Shown piece after piece: positions 18,343-27,528 of a stretch of DNA of 64,000 nucleotides. Below the pieces are notes generated by a model that saw only the letters and a program-made list of their open reading frames with translations, was not told the DNA's origin and ran no database searches. Made by a program: the position numbers and the translations under genes. The DNA is taken from the IMG/VR virus record IMGVR_UViG_3300034198_012226, positions 22,482 through 86,481 of that record. One strand, 5' to 3'. The stretch comes from a virus. Position 1 is the first letter of the stretch. Every line of letters begins with the position of its first letter.

Positions 18343-20283
18343 TCAGAGGATTTCGCACACCCCTGCGGTGCAGGCCAGCTCGCGCACTTTGACGGAGGTG
18401 TCATCGCGCTCGAACTCGGCCAGGGCGTCCCAGTCGAAGGCTGGCATACGGGCCAGCAGCGCCTCGTATTCTTCCTTCGTACACTCGGTGTAGGGTGCCT
18501 GGCGATAGGTGTGATCGCTGTGCGGCAGGAACGAGACACCGGCCAGCTTGTCGAAGTTCTGGTACACCCAGTCGCCGACAGCCATCCACTCGTGATCACG
18601 CACGTAGATCGTGTTCGACACGTTGTGCTCCGACCAGTAGGTCTGGAACATCAGGTAGTGTTCGAGCTGCTGAATCGCGGTACGGTCGTTGCGGAAGACC
18701 GACTTGGCTGGCGCCTTGACCGGGAAGCTGAACACGTCCGTGGTCTCGGGCTTGTTGACGCAGGATTCGACCGGGAAGCCGAGCTTGTGCATGAGCTGCG
18801 CCAGCGGGTCTTTCTTGTCGCCGCGAACGGTACGGATGTAATACTCGGCATAACGCTCGTGCTTGCCGCTGGCGCTGTCCACCAGTTGCGAGACGGTGCC
18901 GGAAGGCTTGACGGTCGTGATAGCCACGGACTGGTTGATGCCGAGCTTCGCGGCCCATTCCTTGTTCACTTCGATGGCGTACAGCTTCAGCTCGGTCAGC
19001 CAGGCTTTGGCTTCGTCGGAGACGTAGGCAAGGACTTCGTGATCCATGATGCCGGTCAGCGACACGCCCAGGAGGCGTTCTTCTTCCTGGTTCGCCTTCC
19101 ATTCCGGACGGACGTAGCGGAAGTCGGTGAGCATCGACTGGTAGGTGCCCATGATGACAGCGACGCGAACCTTTTCCTTGACATCGGCAAGGGTGTCGCC
19201 GTGGCGCAGGACGACCTCGGACAGGTTGCACAGGCCCTTGCTGCGCAGGGCGATCTCGGCGCACGGGTTGGTGCCGACGACTTGGCTGGCATCGCGGCGG
19301 CCGGATTCCAGGGCCTTGTTGATCACGGCCTGGCGGTTGAAGATACCGCGCTCGCCGGACTTCGATTCGATCAGCGACAGCCATTCCTTCATGAACAGCT
19401 CCATCGACGGGCGTTCGGTGTAGGCGGCGCTGTTGTTGGCCAGGGCACGGTGCGGGTTGGTGTTCCACCACTGGCCGTTCTTCGCGCCGCGCATCCGGTC
19501 ATCGGACAGGTTCGACAGCGAGATCAGGGCACTGCGGCGCACACCACCGACGACGACGATGTCTGCGATCTTGCAAGTCAGATCGTGGCATTCGATGGAG
19601 GTGAGCTTGCGGCCCACGGCATTGGAGAAGGTCTCGACCGCGAAGTTGAACAGGTCGATCAGGGGTTGCGGGCCGGAGGCGCGACCACCGAAGGTCTTCA
19701 GCTTGGCACCGTGAGGACGGACGCCCGAGACATCCCACTTCGGGATGTAGCCTTCGTACAGGTAGGCCAGGAGCTGACGGAAGGCATCCGACCAGCCGCC
19801 CTTACTGTCGCGCACCTTGATCGTGTGGTCGATCTTGGTCAGCTTATCGACGGTCTCGACGTGCTGGACACCATCGGTGCCGGTGACGATGCGAGCGCCG
19901 ATGATCGGCAGCTTGGTCACGAACTGGCGCTCGACCGAGAAGCCGACGCCGGTACCGCACATGCTGATGTACAGGATTTCATCGAAAGCGCGGACGTTGT
20001 CGATGGCGACGAAGGAACAGTTGAAGCCCGCCATCGGGTCACGTTCCAGCGCAGGGCCAGCGGTCATCAGGGCACGCATCGAAGGCATGGCCTTCAGATT
20101 CAGGATCGCGTCGTAGATTTCGTCGGCGGGGTAGTGGGCGAATTTGCCGTAGAAGTAATCGACGTATCGCTTGACCGTTTCCGGCCAGGTTTCGCGGCGA
20201 CCGAGATCGTCACGCCAGCGGGCGTAGCGGCTTTTGTGGACATACTCCTGCAATGGAGTGGGGAGGTGGGCTGAGGCGGTCAT
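18343..20283 (-). CDS. nrdJ: Class II (adenosylcobalamin-dependent) ribonucleotide reductase
   Basis: SRYARW, PSMRALMTAG, FNCSF, VVVGGVRRSA, TNPCAE, VKPSGT and C-terminal CTAGVC motifs; no beta-subunit gene nearby. Confidence 0.92.
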   Translation of the reverse strand: MTASAHLPTPLQEYVHKSRYARWRDDLGRRETWPETVKRYVDYFYGKFAHYPADEIYDAILNLKAMPSMRALMTAGPALERDPMAGFNCSFVAIDNVRAFDEILYISMCGTGVGFSVERQFVTKLPIIGARIVTGTDGVQHVETVDKLTKIDHTIKVRDSKGGWSDAFRQLLAYLYEGYIPKWDVSGVRPHGAKLKTFGGRASGPQPLIDLFNFAVETFSNAVGRKLTSIECHDLTCKIADIVVVGGVRRSALISLSNLSDDRMRGAKNGQWWNTNPHRALANNSAAYTERPSMELFMKEWLSLIESKSGERGIFNRQAVINKALESGRRDASQVVGTNPCAEIALRSKGLCNLSEVVLRHGDTLADVKEKVRVAVIMGTYQSMLTDFRYVRPEWKANQEEERLLGVSLTGIMDHEVLAYVSDEAKAWLTELKLYAIEVNKEWAAKLGINQSVAITTVKPSGTVSQLVDSASGKHERYAEYYIRTVRGDKKDPLAQLMHKLGFPVESCVNKPETTDVFSFPVKAPAKSVFRNDRTAIQQLEHYLMFQTYWSEHNVSNTIYVRDHEWMAVGDWVYQNFDKLAGVSFLPHSDHTYRQAPYTECTKEEYEALLARMPAFDWDALAEFERDDTSVKVRELACTAGVCEIL

Positions 20284-20340
20284 GGTTTCCTATTTGGGAG
20301 CTTGGTATCGGAAGCCCCGCGACATTGCGCGGGGGCACTA

Positions 20341-20370
20341 ATTTTACACTGGCAAGTTGCCTCGTGGCAC
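20341..20370 (-). promoter_or_regulatory. Promoter for RNR operon
   Basis: Minus strand GTGCCA-N18-TAAAAT, with GGCAACTTGCC in the spacer. Confidence 0.45.
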
Positions 20371-20900
20371 TAGGTCATCGGAAAGAATCCGGTTGACTGT
20401 AACGCGGCCTTTGCTGTAGGAAATTCGGGGCAATCCCGCATGTCCCAGGAGGTGACGCCGGACTCGAAGTATTCGACCGGGGCGACCCGCCACATGCCGG
20501 TGGCCTTGAACAACACCAGGACGAAAGGATCGGCACCGGCCATGGCAAGTTTGCGCAGGTTCGGGAGCTGATCCAGAGCGTCCTTGGACAGCAGGTAGCT
20601 GCCGTTCTTGGTCTTGTGCTCCGTGGACTTGACCTCCAGCGGGATCGAGACTCGGCGCAGCTCGGGGTGCCGGTACCAGATGTAGAAGTCAGCGATGGCC
20701 GACTTCATCCGGCCCATGGCAGCTCGGGCATCTGGCGGTCGATCCCAGGCGAAAGCGGCCAGGTTGTTCCACTCGGTGAGCACCTCGATCACCAGCTTCT
20801 CGGCCGTCTTGCCGCGTTGGCCGACCTCCTCTTTCTTGATCGGCTTCGGCCTGGCGATGGCACTGGCACCGAGGACGCGGGGTTTCTTCATTCCGACCAT
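20370..20900 (-). CDS. RecU-like Holliday junction resolvase (PD-(D/E)xK)
   Basis: RGK.AE, ADF, LEVKST and Q...L motifs. Confidence 0.7.
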   Translation of the reverse strand: MVGMKKPRVLGASAIARPKPIKKEEVGQRGKTAEKLVIEVLTEWNNLAAFAWDRPPDARAAMGRMKSAIADFYIWYRHPELRRVSIPLEVKSTEHKTKNGSYLLSKDALDQLPNLRKLAMAGADPFVLVLFKATGMWRVAPVEYFESGVTSWDMRDCPEFPTAKAALQSTGFFPMT

Positions 20901-21274
20901 GGTGGCCCCTCTTTCTTCGCGGGGTGACCTTCAGGCAGCATGGCCTGGGCCACCTTCTGCGCCGCCTTCTTTCGCCCGCCACCCTTCTGTGCCGGTGGCG
21001 TCCAGGTCGGCCCCATGATGCGAACCAGGGACTCGGTGTTGAGGGTGTCTTTCCAGGCCGGAGGTGGCAGGCCATTGGCCATGGCCACCACGTCCTCCAG
21101 GTGGCAGGCGATGATGCCTTCCTTCGCACCTTTCACATGCGCCGAACGGTTCTTCGAGAAAGGCCACCAGTTGACCATGGTGGCGCTGCCGGTGACCTGG
21201 AAATGGCCGGGACTCGGCTCTTTCAGCTCGACTCCGAGCTGCTTCAGTGCCGAGCGAATCTGCTCGTCGTTCAT
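20888..21274 (-). CDS. Hypothetical protein
   Basis: ATGA overlap with the pol stop; GGAGG RBS. Confidence 0.6.
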   Translation of the reverse strand: MNDEQIRSALKQLGVELKEPSPGHFQVTGSATMVNWWPFSKNRSAHVKGAKEGIIACHLEDVVAMANGLPPPAWKDTLNTESLVRIMGPTWTPPAQKGGGRKKAAQKVAQAMLPEGHPAKKEGPPWSE

Positions 21275-23556
21275 GCTGCCTCCAACATGGTTGCCTTGGC
21301 CTTGCTGAACACCTCGTCCAGCGCCGCCTTGATGTTTTCTTCGATGAACCAGTCGCCGCATTCGATCTGCTCGCCGAAGTTCGGGCCGAGGGAGATCGAG
21401 GACATGCAAGGGACGGTCATGTCGTGGTACTGCTTCGTCATGCACTCGTGGATGATGCGGATCGCTTCCACGGCGTGATCCTTGTGGATCGAGAAAACCA
21501 GCTCGTCGTGAATCGGCGCGATGAAGCGGCAGTCGAAGTCGAACAGCACGCCGCTGTCCCAGACACGAGCCATGGCAAGTTTGGTCTGCTCTGCCGACGA
21601 ACCCTGGATTTCAAAGTTCGGACCTTGACGACCGGCCTTGTTCGCGGTCGAGCGATCCTGCAACAGCTTGGCCAGGTGGCGACGGGCACCCATCAGGGTC
21701 ATGGCGTAGCCGGTCTCCTCGACACGGGCACGCACGCTGTCCTTCCACTCGGTCACGCCGGGGAACATCTTCTCGCGGGCATCCAGGAAGTCCTGGGCGT
21801 CCTTCACCGGGATCACAATCGTGTACGCCAGGGTCAGCGCCTGGGCGTCATACTGTGCGCCGAAGTTCACGTTCTTCGCCACCTTGCGGAGGTCGTCGGC
21901 CATCTTGGCGATGGCTTCCTCGTCCCACTTGCGCAGCTTGATGAAGACGGTGTATTCGATCTCCTCGGCGGTGCCGGTGAAGTTGGCCGCGCCGACCATC
22001 GACTTCAGCTCCTCAACCTTGTCCTTGCCCCACTTCTTGAGCATGGCACCGGCAGCGGTGATGGAGTGCGGGTCTTTCAGGTTGTCGCCGATGTAGCAGG
22101 CGAGCATGTTGCGATCCTGGGACATGTGGGCCGCGAGCCTCAGCTCCTGACCCGAGAAGTCCAGCGACACGATCACGGCGTCCTTGTGGTGCGGCACGAT
22201 GATCTCGCGCACCTTGATGCCTTCACCCTTCTTCGGGAGCTGCTGCAAGTTCGGGCCGGACGACGAGTAGCGGCGCGTCACCGTCGCGCACTGATTCATG
22301 GACGAGTGCAGCTTGCCGTCCTTCCAGTGCTTCAGGTACGGGTACGGGTTGTAGTACAGGCCGCGCTTCGTCATGACCTTCTTCATCGCGGAGATGCAGT
22401 TCAGGATCACTTCGAGGTCGGGGTCTTTGTCCTTGTCGTACAGCAGGGCGAAGTCGATGGCGGTGTCGTCGGTGGACGCTTTCGTCCGCACCAGTGCCCA
22501 CTCCTCCGGCGAGAGCTGTGGCTCCTCGCCAGCCATCAGGAACTTCTTGAATTTGCTGACGGCCTTCACCAGGTCGCGGTTGAACTTGTAGTTGTCCTCG
22601 GTCAGCGCCGACGTGACGCGGATCGGCAGCTTCAGGATGTCGTACATGAAGACCTTCATCTTCTTGGCCGACTTCACGTCGATGGCAGGCTCGGACTTGT
22701 ACTTGTTGAACAGCAGGCTGTTGATGTAGCGGACATCGCCGCGCTCGACCGCATCGCAGAAGTTGGCAAGTCCTGCGTCGCTGCCGTCCGTGCCCGACTC
22801 GGTCATGATGTCCATGGCCAGGACGTTCAGCTTGTGCTTCTTCGACGTGGGCCGGAAGCCGAACAGGTCTTCGCAGGCGTCCTTCACGGTGGCGTTGGTG
22901 CATTCCGTGAACGGCTTCCAGAGCTGATCCAGGATGCCCTTCTGCACCAGGACATCAGTCAGTGTAGCCCTGGCCCTCTCGAAGGCTTTGTCGTCCTCGC
23001 GCTCCAGTTGCTTGAGGCGCTCGACCGAGACGTTACAGCCCTGGACATACGAGTGTGCGGTCATGTAGGCAGGCTTCACCTCGACCTGTTCGTACACGCC
23101 CATGGTCTTCTCGATCTCCATCACGAGGCCATAGAAGTTGTAGAGCGCAGCGGTGCAGATGGTGTCGTCGGCACCGTAGGCCAGCACGTCCTCGGCTTCC
23201 AGCTCGTTCATGCGGTACTGCTTGGAGACGATGCGATCCTTGAACGCCATCTTCAGCTCGTGCATGTCCTCGTAGCCGTGCTTCTCAAGGGCCTGCTTCT
23301 GCTTCTTCGGCGGCATCTCGGCGATGCGGTCGATGTTGATCTTCCAGGTATCCTCCACGATCTTGCCGCCCACTGGCAAGTCGTAGAGCCGGCCGGTCTT
23401 GGTCGTCACTTCCTTGTACGAGACCTGGTCGTAGTTCAGCCAGAGCTTGGAATTCTGCTTCAGGCCATTGCTCCAGTTCTCGTCCACGTAGGACGACATG
23501 ATCTTCGTGTCGTGGGCGTTCGACATGAAGCCACGGTAATCGGCGGCACCCATCAC
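21271..23556 (-). CDS. Family A DNA polymerase, C-terminal part (ExoIII + polymerase domain)
   Basis: YGADD (ExoIII), TRRYSSSGPNLQQ, DFSGQELR (motif A), KNVNFGAQY (motif B), IHDEL (motif C); has its own GGGAGG RBS. Confidence 0.92.
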   Translation of the reverse strand: MMGAADYRGFMSNAHDTKIMSSYVDENWSNGLKQNSKLWLNYDQVSYKEVTTKTGRLYDLPVGGKIVEDTWKINIDRIAEMPPKKQKQALEKHGYEDMHELKMAFKDRIVSKQYRMNELEAEDVLAYGADDTICTAALYNFYGLVMEIEKTMGVYEQVEVKPAYMTAHSYVQGCNVSVERLKQLEREDDKAFERARATLTDVLVQKGILDQLWKPFTECTNATVKDACEDLFGFRPTSKKHKLNVLAMDIMTESGTDGSDAGLANFCDAVERGDVRYINSLLFNKYKSEPAIDVKSAKKMKVFMYDILKLPIRVTSALTEDNYKFNRDLVKAVSKFKKFLMAGEEPQLSPEEWALVRTKASTDDTAIDFALLYDKDKDPDLEVILNCISAMKKVMTKRGLYYNPYPYLKHWKDGKLHSSMNQCATVTRRYSSSGPNLQQLPKKGEGIKVREIIVPHHKDAVIVSLDFSGQELRLAAHMSQDRNMLACYIGDNLKDPHSITAAGAMLKKWGKDKVEELKSMVGAANFTGTAEEIEYTVFIKLRKWDEEAIAKMADDLRKVAKNVNFGAQYDAQALTLAYTIVIPVKDAQDFLDAREKMFPGVTEWKDSVRARVEETGYAMTLMGARRHLAKLLQDRSTANKAGRQGPNFEIQGSSAEQTKLAMARVWDSGVLFDFDCRFIAPIHDELVFSIHKDHAVEAIRIIHECMTKQYHDMTVPCMSSISLGPNFGEQIECGDWFIEENIKAALDEVFSKAKATMLEAA

Positions 23557-24158
23557 TGGCCTCCCTTTACGTGGTCACGGATCAAGCCGGTCACCATGGC
23601 CGCGTCCTCGGCACCCAGGTCGCGGCGGCGTGCGGCGCTGACGATCTCGATGATGCGGGACAGGCGGTACGGCAGCTTCCAGCGGTCGATCACTTCCATG
23701 GCCGTCAGACGCGCCACGCGGCGCTCCACGGGCCTCACGACCGTTTCCGGCTCTGGCTCCCACCCGCCGCGCCTGAGCACATCCACGGCCTCCTCCGGCG
23801 AAAGCACGGGGGCTACGACCAGCTCGGCCACGACCGAGTCCGTTGGGGCTTTCTCCGCTGCGATCAGTTCGCGCTCGGGTTCCGGTGCCGGTGCCAGGTT
23901 GGCGTGGGTCGGGGCTTCGTCAAGGCGATGCCCGCCGACCGTGTGGGTGTACAGCGAGAAGAAGACGTAGAAGAAACGACCGTTGCCGCCCTTGACCGAG
24001 ACGCGGTTGATGCGCCGGTCGTCAAACAGTTCCTTGGTCGCAGCCTTCAGGTCTTCAACGTCGAACATGTGCATGTCCTCGGCCATGACCGTCATGGGCA
24101 CGCCGTTACGCATACTGTCCAGATAGTCAACGATATTTTTGTGGATGTCGGTCATCAT
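23553..24158 (-). CDS. Hypothetical protein (winged-helix-like N-terminus)
   Basis: Coupled ORF lying between the two polymerase halves. Confidence 0.6.
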   Translation of the reverse strand: MMTDIHKNIVDYLDSMRNGVPMTVMAEDMHMFDVEDLKAATKELFDDRRINRVSVKGGNGRFFYVFFSLYTHTVGGHRLDEAPTHANLAPAPEPERELIAAEKAPTDSVVAELVVAPVLSPEEAVDVLRRGGWEPEPETVVRPVERRVARLTAMEVIDRWKLPYRLSRIIEIVSAARRRDLGAEDAAMVTGLIRDHVKGGQ

Positions 24159-24382
24159 TTCTCCAGCAGCGCACGGAACTTGCGCTTGCAGATGGTGCAG
24201 TTGTTGTGACTGTTGTGCTTGTCGTTCTCAGTGGTGCCGGTCAGCCTCGACCAGTTGCCACAGACCGACCGGCCATTCGCTTTGATGAGGTGCCACCTGG
24301 CCCTGCCGTTGGGAGCACCAGGCTTCCACCACCCGAGGAACCCCTCGGGCAGCGGGGCATCGTTGAATTCGGTATCGGTCAC
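24155..24382 (-). CDS. Small Cys/His (zinc-finger-like) protein
   Basis: WH...S.CG.W...C.IC motif. Confidence 0.6.
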   Translation of the reverse strand: MTDTEFNDAPLPEGFLGWWKPGAPNGRARWHLIKANGRSVCGNWSRLTGTTENDKHNSHNNCTICKRKFRALLEK

Positions 24383-24384
24383 GA

Positions 24385-24762
24385 CTAGTCCTTCGTCACG
24401 ATGGTTTCGGTGTGCTGCTCGGTCTTCGTGCAGTTCTTACCGCAGGACTTCTTCACCTCGTAGTTCCGGTCGGTCGTGACCATACCGGCGCAGCGGGTGA
24501 AGTAGTGCTCCTTGCTGCCAGCCGTGAAGGCATACACCTTGCAGCCGTCAGCCTCGCGGATCACATGCGGGATTCGGGCACGGCGCTCGGCTTCGGCGGT
24601 GGCGCGGCGCTTCGCCTCGGCTTCCGGCGTGGTCTCGCAGTAGGTGATCGCCGACAGGACGACCACAACGACCCCGAAACCAGCCGCCAGAGACTTGTCC
24701 CGCCACATGCCCAGGCCCATGATCACCAGGCCGATAGCGACTCCGATCAGTGGCCCGTTCAT
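24385..24762 (-). CDS. Hypothetical membrane protein
   Basis: Two N-terminal transmembrane segments; DGCKVY.F...YF.RC; CAGGAG RBS. Confidence 0.6.
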   Translation of the reverse strand: MNGPLIGVAIGLVIMGLGMWRDKSLAAGFGVVVVVLSAITYCETTPEAEAKRRATAEAERRARIPHVIREADGCKVYAFTAGSKEHYFTRCAGMVTTDRNYEVKKSCGKNCTKTEQHTETIVTKD

Positions 24763-26120
24763 TCGTCGCACTCCTGGAGTGGGCCGAGCTGCGCCATGAT
24801 GATCGGCAGCTCGAAGGACACGTTCTGGATCGCCTTGACCTTCGACTTGGGCAAGGCTTCGAGCACCTGCTTGGCCTGGGCCTTGCTGATGTTCTTGATC
24901 TTGTCCGTCTCGCGGTGATTGACCGTGAAGAAGCAGGTGTACTGCATGTTGCGACCGAACGTCAGCGAGAACGAAGTCAGCTCGGCACCGAACACGTCAA
25001 CCGATTCAGCATCCTTGGACTCGTTGGACTTGGTCTTGGCCGTCTCCAGCCACTGCTCGGCGGTGTCGGTGGCACTGGTCTCGATGTCGAACGAGATGAA
25101 CGGGGATTCGCTGATGTGCTGCTTCATCCAGTCGAACGCTTGCTGGAAGTTCGCGGCGTGTACCAGGCGCACCGCACCGGCCCAGTGATTCAGGCGTTCG
25201 TCCTGGATCAGGCCACGCGGCTTGACCATGCCTGGCGTCCATTGCAGCGGCCTGCGCACGGTGTTCACCAGGTTCGGGTACAGCCTGGCACAGCGATACG
25301 ACTTGTAGACCATCTCGCGGTTGTCCAGGATTTTCTGAAGCGGCTTGAAGTTCGGCACGTCTTCTTCGAGGGCGCTCAACTGCTTCGTCAGGATCAACTG
25401 CTCGATGGTGGCAAGGTCGTTGTCGTCGTAGTTGCAGAGGAAGTCCAGCCAGGTCTTTTCGCCGAAGCCCTTGGCACCGGGAATCTTGTCGCCGGTGTCG
25501 CCGACGATGGCTTTGTAGATCGGGACGTAGCGGCAAGCGAACGGGCCGTATGGGTTCTCGACCACGCGCTGACCCTTGCTCTGCTTCCAGATCGTCACGT
25601 CCTTAGTCAGTGTAGTCCCGTCCGACAGTGCCGTCGCCAAGTCGCCGTCGTTGGAGTCGATGATCTTCTCGCCGTCCAGGTGCATACACAGGTACATGAT
25701 CACGTCGTCGGCCTCGATACCGTCCTGGGTGACCGCGATGGCACCGAGCGAGGTGAAGACCTGGATGATCATGTCGCGCAGCTTCTGGAACTCGATGTAC
25801 GCCTCGTCGGGGCGATCACGACCGGCTTTGTACTGCGGCAGGATGTTCTGGCGCATCAGCTTGCTGTTCAAGCCTTCGACCACCAGGATCATGTCCATCG
25901 GCCCCATCTCGAACTGGTTCAGCACCGAGACGAAGTGGTTGATCAGGTTCTCGTAGCCGTACTGGGCGCTGTTGACCAGCACCTTCTTCGGCTCGGGCTT
26001 CGGATTCTTTTCGGTAGGCTCAGGGGTGAACATCACTTCGATGCCGAACTCCTTGTCCTTACCCGCCAGGAGGGCCGTCCACAGCATGGACGACATGTCA
26101 ACGATCAGGCGCTTTCGCAT
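24759..26120 (-). CDS. DNA polymerase I N-terminal part: 5'-3' (flap) exonuclease fused to first half of 3'-5' exonuclease
   Basis: LIVD, YKAGR, EADD, DGD and GDTGDKIPG (FEN); FDIETS (ExoI) and QNVSFE (ExoII). Confidence 0.88.
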   Translation of the reverse strand: MRKRLIVDMSSMLWTALLAGKDKEFGIEVMFTPEPTEKNPKPEPKKVLVNSAQYGYENLINHFVSVLNQFEMGPMDMILVVEGLNSKLMRQNILPQYKAGRDRPDEAYIEFQKLRDMIIQVFTSLGAIAVTQDGIEADDVIMYLCMHLDGEKIIDSNDGDLATALSDGTTLTKDVTIWKQSKGQRVVENPYGPFACRYVPIYKAIVGDTGDKIPGAKGFGEKTWLDFLCNYDDNDLATIEQLILTKQLSALEEDVPNFKPLQKILDNREMVYKSYRCARLYPNLVNTVRRPLQWTPGMVKPRGLIQDERLNHWAGAVRLVHAANFQQAFDWMKQHISESPFISFDIETSATDTAEQWLETAKTKSNESKDAESVDVFGAELTSFSLTFGRNMQYTCFFTVNHRETDKIKNISKAQAKQVLEALPKSKVKAIQNVSFELPIIMAQLGPLQECDE

Positions 26121-26162
26121 TTCTTTTCTCCAAGTTTAGGGCCGCTGTTTGCGGCCCTGGTT

Positions 26163-26462
26163 TCAACGTCGTTTTGGTTCTCGCTTGGACTGGCAGTCCA
26201 CGCAGCGTATCCGGCCCATCTCCATCCGGAGGCGGGGGAGCGGCTCGCCGCAGTCGTCCTCGACGCAGTCGGGGATCGGGAAGACGCCGGTCGCTTCGTC
26301 CTTGCGCTGATAAATCCAGCCGCCCTCGCCGTCAGGGATGCGCTCAGGCTGCGACGCCTCGCGGGCACGCTTGACGTGCTCGGCGGTGTCGCGCATGGCG
26401 ATCTCGGTGCCACGGTCGATGTCGTCGGTGCGGCTCATGTCGCCGAATTCGTCCATGCTCAT
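26163..26462 (-). CDS. TraR/DksA C4 zinc-finger protein
   Basis: DDID near the N-terminus; C...CGEP.P..R......RCVDCQ. Confidence 0.75.
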   Translation of the reverse strand: MSMDEFGDMSRTDDIDRGTEIAMRDTAEHVKRAREASQPERIPDGEGGWIYQRKDEATGVFPIPDCVEDDCGEPLPRLRMEMGRIRCVDCQSKREPKRR

Positions 26463-27133
26463 GGCTGGAACCCTCCGATGCAGGTGCCGTTGTCGGTGCC
26501 GATGCGCAGGCCACCGCTGAAGGGGATCGAGATGCCGTGGACATAGGCGTCCCTGGCCTGGACACCCGAAACGGTGTTGACGCCAGCGATGGCCGCAGCA
26601 GTGCGCTGGCCGATCTGGGAGGCGATAATGCTGCCACTGACGGTCAGACCACCAGGACCGACCTGGAAGGACATGGCGGGCTTTTCCTGGGTCACCAGGA
26701 CGTGGTCGCCGATGGTGTAGTGCTTCGGCTTGCGATCCGCATACTGGGCTTCCAGCTTCGGGATCAGGTGGTTCCAGTCGTTCAGACCGGCGACGACCTT
26801 GGTGCCATTGAACTGGCGGTCGTCAATCAGGGTGCCGCAGACCTTGGCGTCGATGATGATGGCAAGGCAGGCCAGGCAGTTGCCCAGGTGCGGGGTGCCA
26901 TCTTCAGGATCGGTCTCCTCGCCTTCCCACCACTTGTAGCCGTGGCGAATGAATGCGTCGAAGTAGATCGAGGCGTAGACCGGGGTGGCACGCCAGTTGG
27001 TGCGGCCATACTTGGTCTTGCCTGCGAACAGCGCCATAGCGCCCTGGAGGATCGCCGAGACTGGGAACAGAGCCAGGGGCGGCTTGGTGCGACCGATCAG
27101 GTCTTTGGGATTGCGTGGATCAGGGGTTGTCAT
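26459..27133 (-). CDS. dATP/dGTP diphosphohydrolase-domain (DUF5664-like) protein
   Basis: NPKD..G..K.PL, G..KYG..NWR, RH...WWEGEE.DPE.G.PHL and DDR motifs. Confidence 0.8.
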   Translation of the reverse strand: MTTPDPRNPKDLIGRTKPPLALFPVSAILQGAMALFAGKTKYGRTNWRATPVYASIYFDAFIRHGYKWWEGEETDPEDGTPHLGNCLACLAIIIDAKVCGTLIDDRQFNGTKVVAGLNDWNHLIPKLEAQYADRKPKHYTIGDHVLVTQEKPAMSFQVGPGGLTVSGSIIASQIGQRTAAAIAGVNTVSGVQARDAYVHGISIPFSGGLRIGTDNGTCIGGFQP

Positions 27134-27237
27134 TATTTCTTCTCGTCTCGGGTAATAAAAATCGCGGCCGAAATTCCCGTAGGAATCGTTGCCGCGAGGA
27201 AGCATATTACCCGAATTTTTCTTCAGTGCAAGGGCTT

Positions 27238-27528
27238 TCAGCGTGTACGCCACACTCGGACGCCGTCCTGCTCGCCCTTGTCTTCCTGCCCAGGCACGAC
27301 CTCGGCCAGGCTGCGGATCGTGAAGTCCTTGCCATGGCCCTTGTCGGACTTCTTGTAGCGTGTGATGGCCGAGTTGATCGTGTTCGTGTTCGCCCCGGCG
27401 ATGAAGAACGAGTGCTCAACTTCCATCGAGTCGAACGGGTAGATCGGGCGGCGACCGCCGTGATGCGGGATCGGCGGGATGGGCACGCCGGACTGGACGA
27501 TGACCGTGCCAGCTTCGTGATTAGACAT
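27238..27528 (-). CDS. Hypothetical protein (conserved phage type)
   Basis: GVPIP, YPFD.MEV..SFF and GVRVWR motifs. Confidence 0.7.
   Translation of the reverse strand: MSNHEAGTVIVQSGVPIPPIPHHGGRRPIYPFDSMEVEHSFFIAGANTNTINSAITRYKKSDKGHGKDFTIRSLAEVVPGQEDKGEQDGVRVWRTR

Noticed and set aside
23557-24758. Intron or intein explaining the polymerase split
   Set aside because: The gap is filled by three RBS-bearing coupled ORFs with no endonuclease or ribozyme features.
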